Shown here piece by piece: positions 23,529 to 34,964 of a stretch of DNA of 37,818 nucleotides. Source of the DNA: Spizellomyces punctatus DAOM BR117 (Eukaryota). The translations under genes and the position numbers were made by a program. Location of the stretch: the NCBI GenBank assembly GCA_000182565.2, contig KQ257467.1. One strand, given 5' to 3'. The notes beneath the pieces were generated by a model. That model was not told where the DNA came from. It did no database searches and was given only the letters and a program-made list of their open reading frames with translations. Numbering within the stretch: the stretch's first letter is position 1; each line of letters begins with the position of its first letter.

Positions 23529-24722
23529 ATGTCATCTATCAACGAAACAAGTTCGTCTGTGCCCGTTCGTGTTCTCGAGACAACCTCGGGAGCTCCCGAG
23601 TCGCCTAGAGAATTTAGCCCCATCAGTGCGGAAACGATTGTCGATCGCATCCGTCGCGCAAATGAGGAGATTGTTCCTGCCCATAGTCACACGCTTGCAA
23701 GTTTGAGAGTGCAGCAGAGCAAAGAGGCACTGCTAGGTGGAGATCAGGAAGAAGGTGGTGGGGAGGCTGGAGCCACGCGCACTCCGACCATTCGCAGAAT
23801 GGGCAGTAGGGTTCGGCAGAACAGCACCAAAGGAGCGGTCAGTCCTGGTGACGTTTTGAAGACCTTGCCAAAGCCCAATCCGGCTGGAGGTAGGTGGTGT
23901 AATTTTAGCTCCATCAACAAACAGTACATGGATTCTTATAGAATTTTTCGCTTTATAGACATCCATCATGCAAAGATGACCAAATTTCTGTCAGGCTTTC
24001 GTCGCTTTCACAAACGTTTCTTTGCCAACAATAACTCACTCTTTGAGAATCTTCAACATGGACAAGCTCCCAAAACACTTCTCATTGGTTGCTGCGATTC
24101 TCGTTGTGATCCGGCTATCATTACAGATTGTGACCCCGGAGATCTGTTCGTCATTCGGAACGTCGCCAACTTGATACCTCCGTATTCCCCGAACGACGAT
24201 CAAACCCTCCATGGAACGTCCGCTGCAATGGAATTTGCGGTAAAAGGACTCAAAGTGGAAAATATCATCGTGATGGGGCATACCCAGTGCGGAGGAATTT
24301 CCGCACTCTTGAAGGGTCATGTAGCTGGTTACGAGTTCATCGAGTCATGGATGAAGATAGCTCAGCAAGCAAAGGAAACGGCACTAAAGAACTTTGCTAA
24401 TATGGACCACGAAGTGCAGGCCCGAGCGTGTGAACATGCGTCCATCTTGTGCTCCTTGGAAAATCTTGTCACATATCCTTGGATTCGGGACAGATTGGCC
24501 ACCGGCGAAATCAGTATCAATGGATGGTACTTTGATTTTAAAAGTGGTGATCTGTTAGCCTACAATCCGGAGACCAATGCCTTCGAGAGCTTGGTATTGT
24601 CGGAGACTCCTGCAACGGAGGAAAATCCATTTGAGAACCTTCCTAGTGGGAAAGTCGAGGCGGAAGAGATCAAAGAGCCTCGTTCAGCTCCAATCCGTGA
24701 TGCTGGGGTTGCTGCTCAGTAA
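23529..24722 (+). CDS. Beta-class carbonic anhydrase with a long disordered N-terminal extension
   Basis: Zinc ligands in GCCDSRCDP and GHTQCGG. Also HGQAPK, PGDLFVIRNVANLIPPY, HGTSAAMEFAVKGLKVENIIV, SLENLVTYPWI, INGWYFDFKSGDL. Probable in-frame intron at 23890-23958. Confidence 0.95.
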   Translation: MSSINETSSSVPVRVLETTSGAPESPREFSPISAETIVDRIRRANEEIVPAHSHTLASLRVQQSKEALLGGDQEEGGGEAGATRTPTIRRMGSRVRQNSTKGAVSPGDVLKTLPKPNPAGGRWCNFSSINKQYMDSYRIFRFIDIHHAKMTKFLSGFRRFHKRFFANNNSLFENLQHGQAPKTLLIGCCDSRCDPAIITDCDPGDLFVIRNVANLIPPYSPNDDQTLHGTSAAMEFAVKGLKVENIIVMGHTQCGGISALLKGHVAGYEFIESWMKIAQQAKETALKNFANMDHEVQARACEHASILCSLENLVTYPWIRDRLATGEISINGWYFDFKSGDLLAYNPETNAFESLVLSETPATEENPFENLPSGKVEAEEIKEPRSAPIRDAGVAAQ

Positions 24723-24971
24723 CACCGAATAGTATCGTACGAGTATAGCACATAGTATACAAATTCAATAAAATCATGTCTACTTGACCATTACACAGGC
24801 TGACACTAACCGCTATGACTAAATACCACGTTACTACAAATACAATCGCATTAGTTTGCCAGAGTGATCAAAAAAAAAAAACCAGAAACACAACTAGAAA
24901 TATGGGGACTGAGTCAGATAATCAATTCCTGTGCTGATGAGGTCGGAGGTCGGAGGTTAGGCTTAAACCAT

Positions 24972-27137
24972 CTAAAACTTGGTGGATAGGTAAATCTCTC
25001 GTTCTTCGGCTGACATATTCTTTAAAAAGGAAAATAGCAATTGAAGGATTTGCGCCAAAACACAGTGAAAAATACCATGACACACCTTGAGCTTCTGTTC
25101 CTCTTCGAACTTGCGCATTGCTTCCGCTCTCTTCTTCGAAGCTTCTTCTCGAAGACGTTCTTCCTCCTTTATCTTCTCCTCTTCAGCTTGCTTTCTCGCC
25201 TGTTCGAGCGCTTGAACACGCTCAGCTGCAGCCTTTGCCTTTTCGAATGCCTCCTGTTCCGCCTGTGCAAGCTCTCGTGCTCTCTCTTCTTCTGCCAACT
25301 TGATCGCCTTCTGGCGCTCTTCATCGGCAATGCTGCTACGTTGAGCCTTTTCGAATGCCTCTTGTTCCGCTTTCTGTAGCGCTGCTAGACGATCAGCTTC
25401 GGCTCGTTGACGCGCTTCAATACGGCTTTGCTCGAGATCAGTAAGACTTGCTTTCCGGTTCAGTGGGAGTTTCTGAAACACCTCGGTTTCGATTGGCGAC
25501 GGTGACTCTACGACGTTCTCAGCACGGCGCTTTTCTAATTCTGCAATTTTGGACACGTCGAGGATGATGCTAGAGACCGGCCTGTTTTCAGAAACTTGGG
25601 TACCGAATTGTGACCGCCTTCTTTCTAATTTCTCGAGCTTCTCCAAATTTGCCCCTGGCGTAGCGGCAAACTGAGTATTTACAAGACCGCTTCTCATTTC
25701 AGTTCTCTTGCGTTCCAGCTCTTCAAACTTTGATAAGTTCGCTCTCTCTAATATCGGGGAGACCGGAACAGGGCCACCGCTTGACACTCTCATTTCCGCA
25801 CGACGCCGCTCCAGTTCTTCGATTTTTGACAGGTTTGCGAGCCCTACCTCAGAGGCAACCGGTTCCTCAGTGGCTGCTTTCGACAGAAGCTCACCTCGCT
25901 TTCGTTCCAGCTCCTCAAGTTTCGACAGATTTGCCGTGTCGAAAACTGGAATAGCTGGAGGGTTATGGGCTGCACTCGTTTGTAGCTCCATTCTCTGGCG
26001 TTCCAGTTCCCTCAATTTCTCCGAATCGACGACGGGAGTGGGAACGATGGAATTTCCCTCCCCCAATCGTGCTCGAAGTCTTTCACGTTCTTGTTCAAGT
26101 TCTTCAAACTTTGGTAGTAGCGAGGAACGCTCTGTATCTATATCCTCCTTAATTGTCGCCATATTTACGCGAAGCTCCTCACGTTCGCGTTCTAACTTGG
26201 TCAGATTGTCCAGATTTGCGACTTTGGCCAGGCTTTGAATGTCAATAGTGGCCTGGAGAGCCGCCCGGTCAATTTCGAGGCGTTCTGAAAATGATCTAAC
26301 GGCGTTGGAGACAATTCAATACTTCGTTGAGCTTGCGCGAAAGGCATGTATTATATACATACTTGGGATCATGAGATTTCGTTGACCCATCGTTGGCAGC
26401 TGTAGAATCAACTACTGCTTTTGAGTCAAGGCTTGGCGATTCCGTATCATCGAGGATATTTTCAGATGAGGTAAGTGCTTCCGGATTCATATCCACATTC
26501 TTTGCGGGGCTGTGCATTTCAAATATGAATTCGGCGAACAGTTGGCGAGAAGAGTAAAAATTGATTCGAGCACCTTTCATTCGACTGAGATTCGTCTGCA
26601 GACAGTTCCAGCGTGGTTGATACATCCGTCTCCAAGCACTCGACATCGGCGTCAACAGGCTCCATGAGAATTTCGTGGTTCCTTTACAGACCAAGTAAGT
26701 CTTCGATGTCAACTCTCCTAGGTCGCGTTCACCACTATACGAACCCCGCCGTGCCTATCGCCGGAATAATATCCGGTTCCGCCGCCCTATACAGTCGTCA
26801 ATCACTCCGCAGGGAATAACAGTTATTACACGTGCGACATACACGGCCACTTGAGCTTCATTCTGATCGTCGAAATTATGTCCTTTGAGATGCTCTTCCG
26901 CTATCGGGTCCCCATGATCGTTCCTAATATTCAGGATCGCGCAATCAGTCAACTACTAAAAACCGAAGGGCATTGAAAATAATATACGGACAGTCTCTTG
27001 GATTCGACGGAATCCGCGGATTTGGGTTGCTGACTTGCGCGTCGCGAGCGGCGAAATAAGGTAAGGGCAATGAACGTCGCCGCGATGACCGTGCCAATGG
27101 CTGAGGACACCGGCAAGTCGACGCCCAAATGGTGCAT
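24972..27137 (-). CDS. Uncharacterised protein: N-terminal signal anchor, acidic linker, about 9 tandem helical repeats and a charged helical C-terminus
   Basis: ATG at 27137 (MHHLGVDLPVSSAIGTVIAATFIALTLFRRSRR). A phase-consistent chain of GT-AG introns links it through NDHGDPIAEE, AAEPDIIPAIGTAG, NHEILMEPVDAD and PAKNVDMNPEA to the long exon (about 26295-25087) and a last exon NMSAEEREIYLSTKF*. The 5' exon joins are hand-inferred. Confidence 0.7.
25420..26225 (-). repeat. Degenerate coding tandem repeat, about 30-34 aa period, consensus ANLSK(I/F/L)EELER(K/R)RxE(L/M)
   Basis: Units: ANLDNLTKLEREREEL, SLLPKFEELEQERERL, VDSEKLRELERQRMEL, ANLSKLEELERKRGEL, ANLSKIEELERRRAEM, ANLSKFEELERKRTEM, ANLEKLEKLERRRSQF, LDVSKIAELEKRRAEN, and the weaker RKASLTDLEQSRIEA. 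Confidence 0.85.
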
Positions 27138-27351
27138 ACTGTCCTGTTTCTGTTTCGCCTTGTCGGGATTTTCAAAAAATATGAGGAATTTTAGAACACA
27201 ACGCCAGCGGGCAGTCCAACATCAAGCGTGTCATCTCATTTTACCATATTCGGTTAGATGGAATTGCTTGCCACAGCTGCATCCTCCCAGCAGCACCGAC
27301 GACGATCTTACTAGAAATCGCAGTCATTCTTGTGAGAATACCGCTAAACCA

Positions 27352-28529
27352 ATGTCCGTTTGCTTCTCACCGTCAGCTCACAAATCAGCCGCTCAAAGGC
27401 TTGTCGCGAGTAGGTTTTACTCTTTGTAATGTCCTTAGTTTACGGTGACTATAAAGTTCCGGTTTCCGTTGCCAGGTCCAATTCCTCTCACACGCACAGG
27501 AAACCCCAAATTCTCCAACTTGCGCCTTCCATTTGGAAAGGTAAAACTTCCTCATGTGAAGAAACAAGCCTCCTATATTTTAGAACTTGATGGCGACGAT
27601 AACGCCGGGAGCGAGCTGGCAAGTGAAGCCGAACCGGTTATCAACGACCAGCGGATTGCTCATGACGAGTGAGCGCCGTTTAGTGTTTCTTGATTAGCTG
27701 CGAACCTGTTCACACTCGCATTCTCTCCCAGTGATGGGGCGTCGCAACTGGCTTCGACGTTTGAACGCTATCAGAAGACGTTGGGGTCGGAGCAAATGAG
27801 GAAAGTTAGCGATATATATGAGGAGCGTCTGTCACAGGTCGCAGAAACTTTACAGGGATTCCTTGATTTTCAGGATACTCAATTGTGAGTAAACACGAGA
27901 CCTAAAGGCCAATTGACGGCATCTCTAATCTGTTTCATGAAGAACTCGGCTTTATGCACACAAGCGAAAGATTAGCGAAGTAACGGAAGAGCAAATCAAC
28001 ACTCGGAAGAAGCTGAGAGCAGCATTTGACCGACATCAGGTTGTGCACAACCGGGTCTTAGCTTCTGGCTAATGGTTAAACTTTCTCACATAGATGTCCG
28101 TCGCAACCTTATTGGATATGTTTGATAAGAACACCACAGCTATCCTAAAACGCCTTCGCACCTTTGATAAACACTTGAGTGATCTGAGTTAGTGGCATGA
28201 GACATTCGAATTCGCCCTTTGGCGATTGATTCACATCTTCAGCGCCGACTTCACAGAGGTCCGGCAGACAGCAGAAACAGCGGAACTGTTGAGCAAAATT
28301 CAGAAAGACGTTGCCTCGTTTAAGAAACATGTGACCAAGCTATCCAAGGTCTGACTTGGCATTATCTTCACATTAACATCAGACTGACGTTGGTTAACAT
28401 TGGTAAAACAGGAAAATCGTGATTTTGCGAGCATGAAGCAGGTGAGCCTTTTTGTAATTCTTCCGGCGAATCGAAGGATCATAAATGCGTATGCCGTTGC
28501 AGTCAATGATGTCGCTGCTAACATTCTGA
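27352..28529 (+). CDS. Uncharacterised multi-exon coiled-coil protein with weak resemblance to SYCP3/Cor1; start uncertain
   Basis: In-frame splice chain from about 27584: ELDGDDNAG..IAHD / DGASQLASTFERYQKTLGSEQMRKVSDIYEERLSQVAETLQGFLDFQDTQL / TRLYAHKRKISEVTEEQINTRKKLRAAFDRHQ / MSVATLLDMFDKNTTAILKRLRTFDKHLSDL / KVRQTAETAELLSKIQKDVASFKKHVTKLSK / ENRDFASMKQ / SMMSLLTF*, with TGA at 28527-28529. Most of it is absent from the ORF track because the exons are short. Confidence 0.7.
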
Positions 28530-28667
28530 GAGCCTGTTGGTAATGAGCCTATTATCGACATAGTGAGCCTATGCTTGACATAATGTCGTCATTCAATGCA
28601 TGTAAATGTTTTTTAGTGCCCAATGATTAAATAACAGAATTCTGCACTATGCACACCATCCCACAAC

Positions 28668-30017
28668 CTAAGTTTCCTTTTCCCTTCGCTGTCTTGAGAA
28701 TGGATCCCGCTCATCTTTTTGCGGTGGTAGAGGTAGTAATTCTCGTGGTAGCGTCGACGAATCACCAAGAAACGTAGGGAACGGAACTTCGCTTCCAGGT
28801 GGAAATGCTTTGTTATGCCAGCCCTTCTTCACAGCATCCTTTATGCGGACATATCGGTCATCGGTCCCCGGTACAGCACCCTTCACGTATAATAGGTTGT
28901 TCTCATTATCAATCTTCAACACCTGCGTCGTATTAGCCGTCAGCACAATGCAATCACGCGTGAATACCTCCATCTACGCACCCTCAAATTCTGTACTGTA
29001 ATGGTGTCATTACCCATATTTCCCGCCATCTTCTTCCCTTTCCACACTCGGCCCGGGTCCTACACAAGGCGGCTATATATAAGTGCCTGGAAACTCCATG
29101 AACGATTCGCGGTGCTGATACATACGTGACGGTTACCGGTAGATCCGAGAGAGCGATGAGACAGTGAAACACCATGAGAGGCCGGTTGACCCTTGAACCC
29201 CCATCGCTTCATAACACCTTGGAATCCCTTTGCCGTCCTATCCAAGAATGAAATTGAGAAAAAAGCCAGACAATCTCTGCGGTAGCTGGACTACATACGA
29301 TTTCGCTTGGCAGTCCACATACTGCCCTGGAACAAAGTGAGCGGCCTTGATTTTTGTCCCTAAACGAACGTCGACATTAACATAAAGCCGCCCTTCAGAA
29401 CGAGTTCTCCTCATACCCACCAGTTGGTAAGCAAGCATCGGGTGTGACCTTGAATCCTGTCATCATTCGCTTTGGTGCAACTGTCCAACGACGATAATGG
29501 AAGAGCTGGGGCTTCTTTATCCGATGTAATCGAGGATGGTTGACAGCACCAAGTTCCACTACGTATGAGCCGCAGCCGGCGTGCCAACGGGTGCGGATGA
29601 CTTCACAATCTACAATCTAAGTGCTATGCTGTTAATGACCATCATCGTGCCGTCTTCTCCTTGAAGGGTTTCCCTTACTTGCAAAACTGTTACAGGTGTC
29701 AATACTCCCCATTCATCCCAGATCGCCGTCATTCCTCTCTTGAGGGCAACTACACCCGTTCGTTTTGACTTTGGCGTCCATTTTGGATTAGGCGTAGGAC
29801 CCGTGCCGTCAGACATGGGGAAAGTAGCGGGGGGTGCTGGTTGCAAATGCAGGAGCCCAGGTCGTGGGGTGGAAGGGACGGGAATCGAAGCGGCCTGAGC
29901 ACGGATGGCAGCGGATGTGCGAACAGAGCGATGAAGTGACGAGAATGGGAGAGCATGTGTTGCACGTTGCGGAAGAGACCGCCGAAGAACGGCGCCTCGA
30001 AGCAAACAGGATGACAT
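28668..30017 (-). CDS. MRPL3: Mitochondrial ribosomal protein uL3m (MRPL3; yeast Mrpl9)
   Basis: Arg/Ser-rich presequence. Motifs [105 protein letters not shown]. Confidence 0.95.
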
Positions 30018-30149
30018 TGTCGCCGATGGGTTTGCAAATGGACAAAGCAGCGAAAGTGGTGCTCCAGATCAAGGCCAAAAGTCCGGTCTCCAAGGCAACA
30101 AGGAAACGCGAAGGTCGCCTTGTCGTGGGCGCTTCTCGAGACCACAAAG

Positions 30150-31582
30150 ATGGTCCATTCGACATTGGGACGTTTGACGTTGAACCGTGTGGAATGTCGT
30201 CTATTGCAAAGGCCACCAGTATGTCGAAGAATTTGCAGCCGAACAGATATTCTTGTGCCGAGGCAGCGGCCCATTCGTGCATCTGCGACCCCTTGGACTC
30301 GTCCGTCAGCGTCGATTGCAAAGTACCAAAAGTCTGAGCTTTCCCACCACACCACTAGACGAACAAGTGTCACCACCACGGAAAACACACCTGCATCTAT
30401 ACAGCCTTCACCGTCATTGTCAACAGAAGTCCAAAAGACCATTTCGCCATCTTGGATAGAAAAATGCCCGTCATCCATACAACCTTATCTCCACCTTATC
30501 CGTTTGGACAAACCTGCTGGAACATATCTTCTCTACCTCCCATGCACGTGGTCGATTGCCATGGCCGCATATGCAGCGCATGGTGCAATATCACCGACCA
30601 CGACGGTGTGGTATCTCGCTGTGTTTGGAACTGGCGCTCTCGTCATGCGTGGCGCTGGCTGCACCATCAATGATATGTGGGATAGGGATATTGACAAAAG
30701 GGTATGGACACTACCCAGGGAGTCACATTATTGACAGCTTGTTGAGTGTTCTGCTCTCATAGGTTTCGAGAACAAGGTCCAGACCACTCGCTGCCGGAGT
30801 CATCACACCTTTCAAAGCGCTAGTTTTCCTTGGTGGTCAGCTTAGCTTGGGATTGGCTGTGTTACTGCAGTTGAATTGGTATAGGTAAGTCTCTGAGGAT
30901 TCATGAATTTATGTATGGTTCATGAGCTAACAGATTGGTTGACACTTAGCATTTTCCTCGGCTCGGCATCTCTCATTTTGGTAACCACATACCCCCTTAT
31001 GAAACGGGTTACCTATTGGCCTCAAGCCGTTTTAGGCATGACTTTCAACTACGGAGCAATGTTAGGATGGTCTGCCATGCTTGGAAGTTGTAACTGGGCT
31101 GTGTGCCTGCCATTATATGCTGCAGGTATCAGTTGGACATTGGTCTACGATAGTATATACGCGCTACAAGTAAGTCACCACATTTATTAATTTAACAAAA
31201 TGCCATGATATAAACAACCTCGCAGGACAAGGCAGATGACATTAAGGCCGGCGTCAAATCAACAGCCTTGAGGTTTGGGGCATACGCTAAACCGTGGCTG
31301 ACAGGATTCGCAGCTTCGACAGTCGGTTTCCTCTCCTTGGCGGGTTATATGAATTCACAAGGGTTGCCCTTCTATGCCATATCGGTCGGCGGGGCAACCG
31401 CCCATTTTGCTTGGCAATTGGTAACGCTAAAAGTAGATGACCCGAAGGATGCGTGGGGAAAGTTCAAGTCAAATGTCACCTTAGGAACTATCGTTTTTGG
31501 GGGCGTGATAACGGATATCATTATTAGGAAATGGCTTGAAGATAGGGAAACAAGTCCGGCTAAAGGAGCCGATAAGGTTTGA
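30150..31582 (+). CDS. COQ2: 4-hydroxybenzoate polyprenyltransferase (UbiA family), mitochondrial
   Basis: [101 protein letters not shown]. Three introns and an N-terminal presequence. Confidence 0.96.
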
Positions 31583-31705
31583 CACGCGTAGATGACATGG
31601 CGTAAGAGTGGGGAGGGATATTTTGGCGCCGGATATAGGTCGTCGATAGATGCAACATAAAGCTGCCGATAATAGATTGCAGACGGGGCCATGTAGACAC
31701 ATAAT

Positions 31706-33455
31706 TTAGATAGTATCCGTCAGCCCGGCATGTTGTCGAATTTTTTTGATCAATGCACGCTTCATAAATTGCTCCCTAGCTAGACTTCGTACATTCTATG
31801 AAAGAATCAGCGAGCAACCGCATGTCAGCGTTGACGAAGCATACTGATATTGTCCCAAGGAGGCAAGATCGTACCTTCAAGAAAGCTGCGGACTCTATCT
31901 TTTCCGCGTCGAGTGCTTTCCCAAGATAATACAATGCATCATCTATGGCGTGATCCTCAGCAACAAGCTCATACAATCTGAAAGAAATTGAATTAAAAAT
32001 ATAGCTAGTCCATTTTTGTAAACATGAACTTACTGGTTGTAAACAACCGTAGAACCTCCAATCACATCATCAACATTTACATCCGGTTGCTGGCGCAGCG
32101 CGTCAATGGACTCGCTTAATTCTTTGTTTTTCTGTTGCAATAACTCAATATTGTTCTTTACGTTCGCCTGTGGAAAGAGCCAAGAAATTGAGCTTCTATC
32201 CAATCTAGAAAGTCGATAAAACTCATTGATTAGAATCACGTACCTCTTCCTGGCCCAACTTTTGTATCATCTCAGATATTGCGGTCTCTCCTTCAGTCAG
32301 TCGCCTATTCACAAGTAAAAGCCTTTCAATGTCTGCTGGTATTGCGGCATTCAGTTCGCGTTGGCGATGTCGGAGTCTGTCCTTCACCGCCTCCCGCAAC
32401 GCATTCAACTTGGCTGCACGCTCGTCTAGTGCTGACTGGTATGCCTGTCCGTCTAGAGCGGCCGCAAGAGGTTTAGCTGGTATAGGCGGTGGAGGTGTAC
32501 TCTGCGATCGGTGTGGTAGAGGTTGTTGATGTGGACTGCCAGCTCTTCCAGTTAGGACATAAGAGGGAGGTGGTGGTACTGGTGGAGGCTGAGCGCCGGG
32601 TGGAGGCGTAGAGTGTCGGCGGGGATCGGGCATATTCAATTGTTGTTGCGTCTGCTGGGGGTAGTAGTTGACGGATGCTTGTGCATAGTTTTGACGATTT
32701 ACGTTTGGATAGGGCTGAGGAGAGCCGCCGACGGGTTGGGTAGTATTCGCGTATCCAGGAGGTGGGTAGGTCGAAGGTGTCGCGCTTGGAGGATTCGGAT
32801 TGTTGGGCTTGGTGTAAACGGGAGGTTCCAGAGCAAATATCTCTTGAAGGGTACGCATGAACTGCAGTATATTTGACTCCTGTACAAATCCGATTTTAGT
32901 AAACCGCTCAATAGAAGCCACCCTCCTTCGACATGATGCCCCAGCCAGTACCCTACCTCACTGTTCATATGCCAATAAGCCAAATAGGGATGATAAATCT
33001 TTCCACTCAAATCAACATGCTTGCTCGCCCGTACAAGCATACTAGATGTTGGAGTTACAAAGCATATTGGAGGTTGAGCTGGGTACGTGTACGGCACCCA
33101 CGCTGCGATGGGTATATTATAGGTAACACCGCGGAATTTAATAGGAATGGTGCCGTGTAAGCAGAGGAGGACAACCGTTCTGCCATCCTCGTGAGCTGTA
33201 GGGACTATGATGAGCAGGACAAACAAAAGAAGTATTGGCCTGACACCTACTGTATGTGTCGGTCTTTGGGGCCAAACCGTTAAAGTTGACGAGAACAGTG
33301 TCCGCATCTCGAAAAACACGGTCACGATGGTGATACTGGAAAAAAGAGTAAGTGAAGCGGAATATGAGTGCTCGGTAGTGGGAAGCTGACCAAGTCAATT
33401 TGTAACAATTTACCGGTCCTAGCACCCCGCGCAACCAATCGCGCGTCGCTTCCAT
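31706..33455 (-). CDS. VPS23: ESCRT-I subunit Vps23/TSG101 (UEV domain, proline-rich region, coiled coil, steadiness box)
   Basis: UEV motifs LLCLHGTIPIKFRGVTYNIPIAAWVPYTYPAQPPICFVTPT and HVDLSGKIYHPYLAYW. Pro-rich middle. C-terminal YNQLYELVAEDHAIDDALYYL..FLKNVRSLAREQFMKRALIKKI, stop at 31706-31708. Confidence 0.95.
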
Positions 33456-34184
33456 TGGCAGCTGAAGGGCACTTTCGATTCCAGTTCACTGCTCCTCAAT
33501 CTAGATCCTTCACGGGCGAAATGCGGGTTTGGTTCCAAAGGCAACTGTTGCTAATTCTGCGTGTAGGATATGTCGCGGTGATCGTGGTGGTGAGCTGCTT
33601 GCGGGTATCCGACGCAATCGCAGGCTGATTGAGGCTTAGGTGACGATTTCACGTGATTTGAACCAAACGAACATTGGCAAAATAAACAAAATAAACAAAA
33701 GGAATGCCAAGCAAAAAGTATGATATGCAGCGTACAAAGGAATATGCATCAGACCACTGTATCTCTCTCATTTGATGCCAAGATCCTTGGCCGTTCAATT
33801 CTATTCCTTCATTGTTATTTCTGTAGAACATTGGCCGCCTATTCCGATCATCGGCAGTGTTGAAAGATTCCAAATGATGACCAAAAATGCTGCAGTTGAG
33901 GGCGCTTGTGATTGTAAAAGTAGTGTCCAACACAAGACTGTTACACTTTGCTTCACGAGTCTCTCAGCGCGCATCCTTCATTGGCTTTCATCGCCAAATG
34001 TGGGTGTGCGAGAGGCTTCTCCTATGCTTTTAAGAAACGGTAGCAGTCTCAAAGTCAGGCAATAATCGAACTTGTAAGCCTGCCGCAATCATGGTATTGT
34101 CAAAGTCAATGTGGTTTCAATTTAAAAAGAAAAAAAAAGATTGATATATACAACGAGTATGAGTGCTAAATACTCGGGTCAAAT

Positions 34185-34964
34185 CTATTCAGTCCGCTGT
34201 CGTATCCGCTCTTTTCGTCTTCGCAGTAGTCTCACAGATGGATCGGCCTCTCTCAGATCCAATTCAGCTGATCCGGAATCAGTTTCGGTAACTGATTGCA
34301 CTGAGGCCAATGGGTGTACCGAGGATGATGATGATTCGGAAAGTCTGGGGACTTGAGCGATGATAGCAGAGACGTCTGGATTGTTCGATAGTGGTGCAGT
34401 GGCATGGAAGGGAAGGTCGCTTGGTAGCGATGGCGAATCTGGACTAGAGAACCCCAGTGGAAGCAACGCTACTAAGGTTGCACCAGCAAACATCAACACA
34501 AAAAAGGCAGAAAAGAAGTAGCCTCCCCAACGTTCCATCCAATCGTCCTCCTCAAATTCTGAAAAGTTTGCTAGAAAGGAAATGTATCAGTACCAGCACT
34601 CTGAAGCCATGTCCTTGCGACCGTCCCCGTCTCAAACTGTGTGTCGCAAAAAGGCTGTCATACCTGCAGGTGGCACAACTTCGCCGTATGTAGGTAACAA
34701 GTCCTGTCGCTCCTCGGCTTCATAGTATGGTGGTGGATCATCGTCGTAGTAACCTTGTAACTCGGATGTAGACAAGCGAGGTGGTATAGAATATATGAGT
34801 GGTGTGTTATCGTCGTCGCGGCTTGGGAGGGGACTCGTCGGGCAGGAAGAGGACAATGTCGAGTACAGGGTAGACGAATGCGGATTTGTAGAGTGATAGG
34901 GCGTATGGGATACGAGAAGCGGTGTTCTCTCGTCACTCCGTCGTGGGGCGTAACTCGCCGTCAT
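34185..34964 (-). CDS. Uncharacterised single-pass membrane protein with PY motifs and an acidic dileucine signal
   Basis: Exons 34964-34664 and 34558-34185 (intron 34559-34663) join in frame. Contains DERTPLL, DPPPYY, LLPTYGE, then the TM segment YFFSAFFVLMFAGATLVALLPLGF and a Ser-rich tail. Confidence 0.7.

Noticed and set aside
25708..26238. 176-aa plus-strand ORF with repeated SSSSxFDRFA
   Set aside because: It is the antisense shadow of the minus-strand repeat protein.
29750..30478. Long overlapping ORFs (242, 170 and 167 aa) across the MRPL3/COQ2 junction
   Set aside because: These are alternative-frame or antisense shadows of two well-supported genes and carry no motifs of their own.
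33649..34065. Minus-strand ORF 33649-33933 with a hydrophobic C-terminus, and plus-strand ORF 33772-34065
   Set aside because: No ATG-initiated or spliced model could be built; the region is most simply the VPS23 upstream region and the neighbouring 3' UTR.
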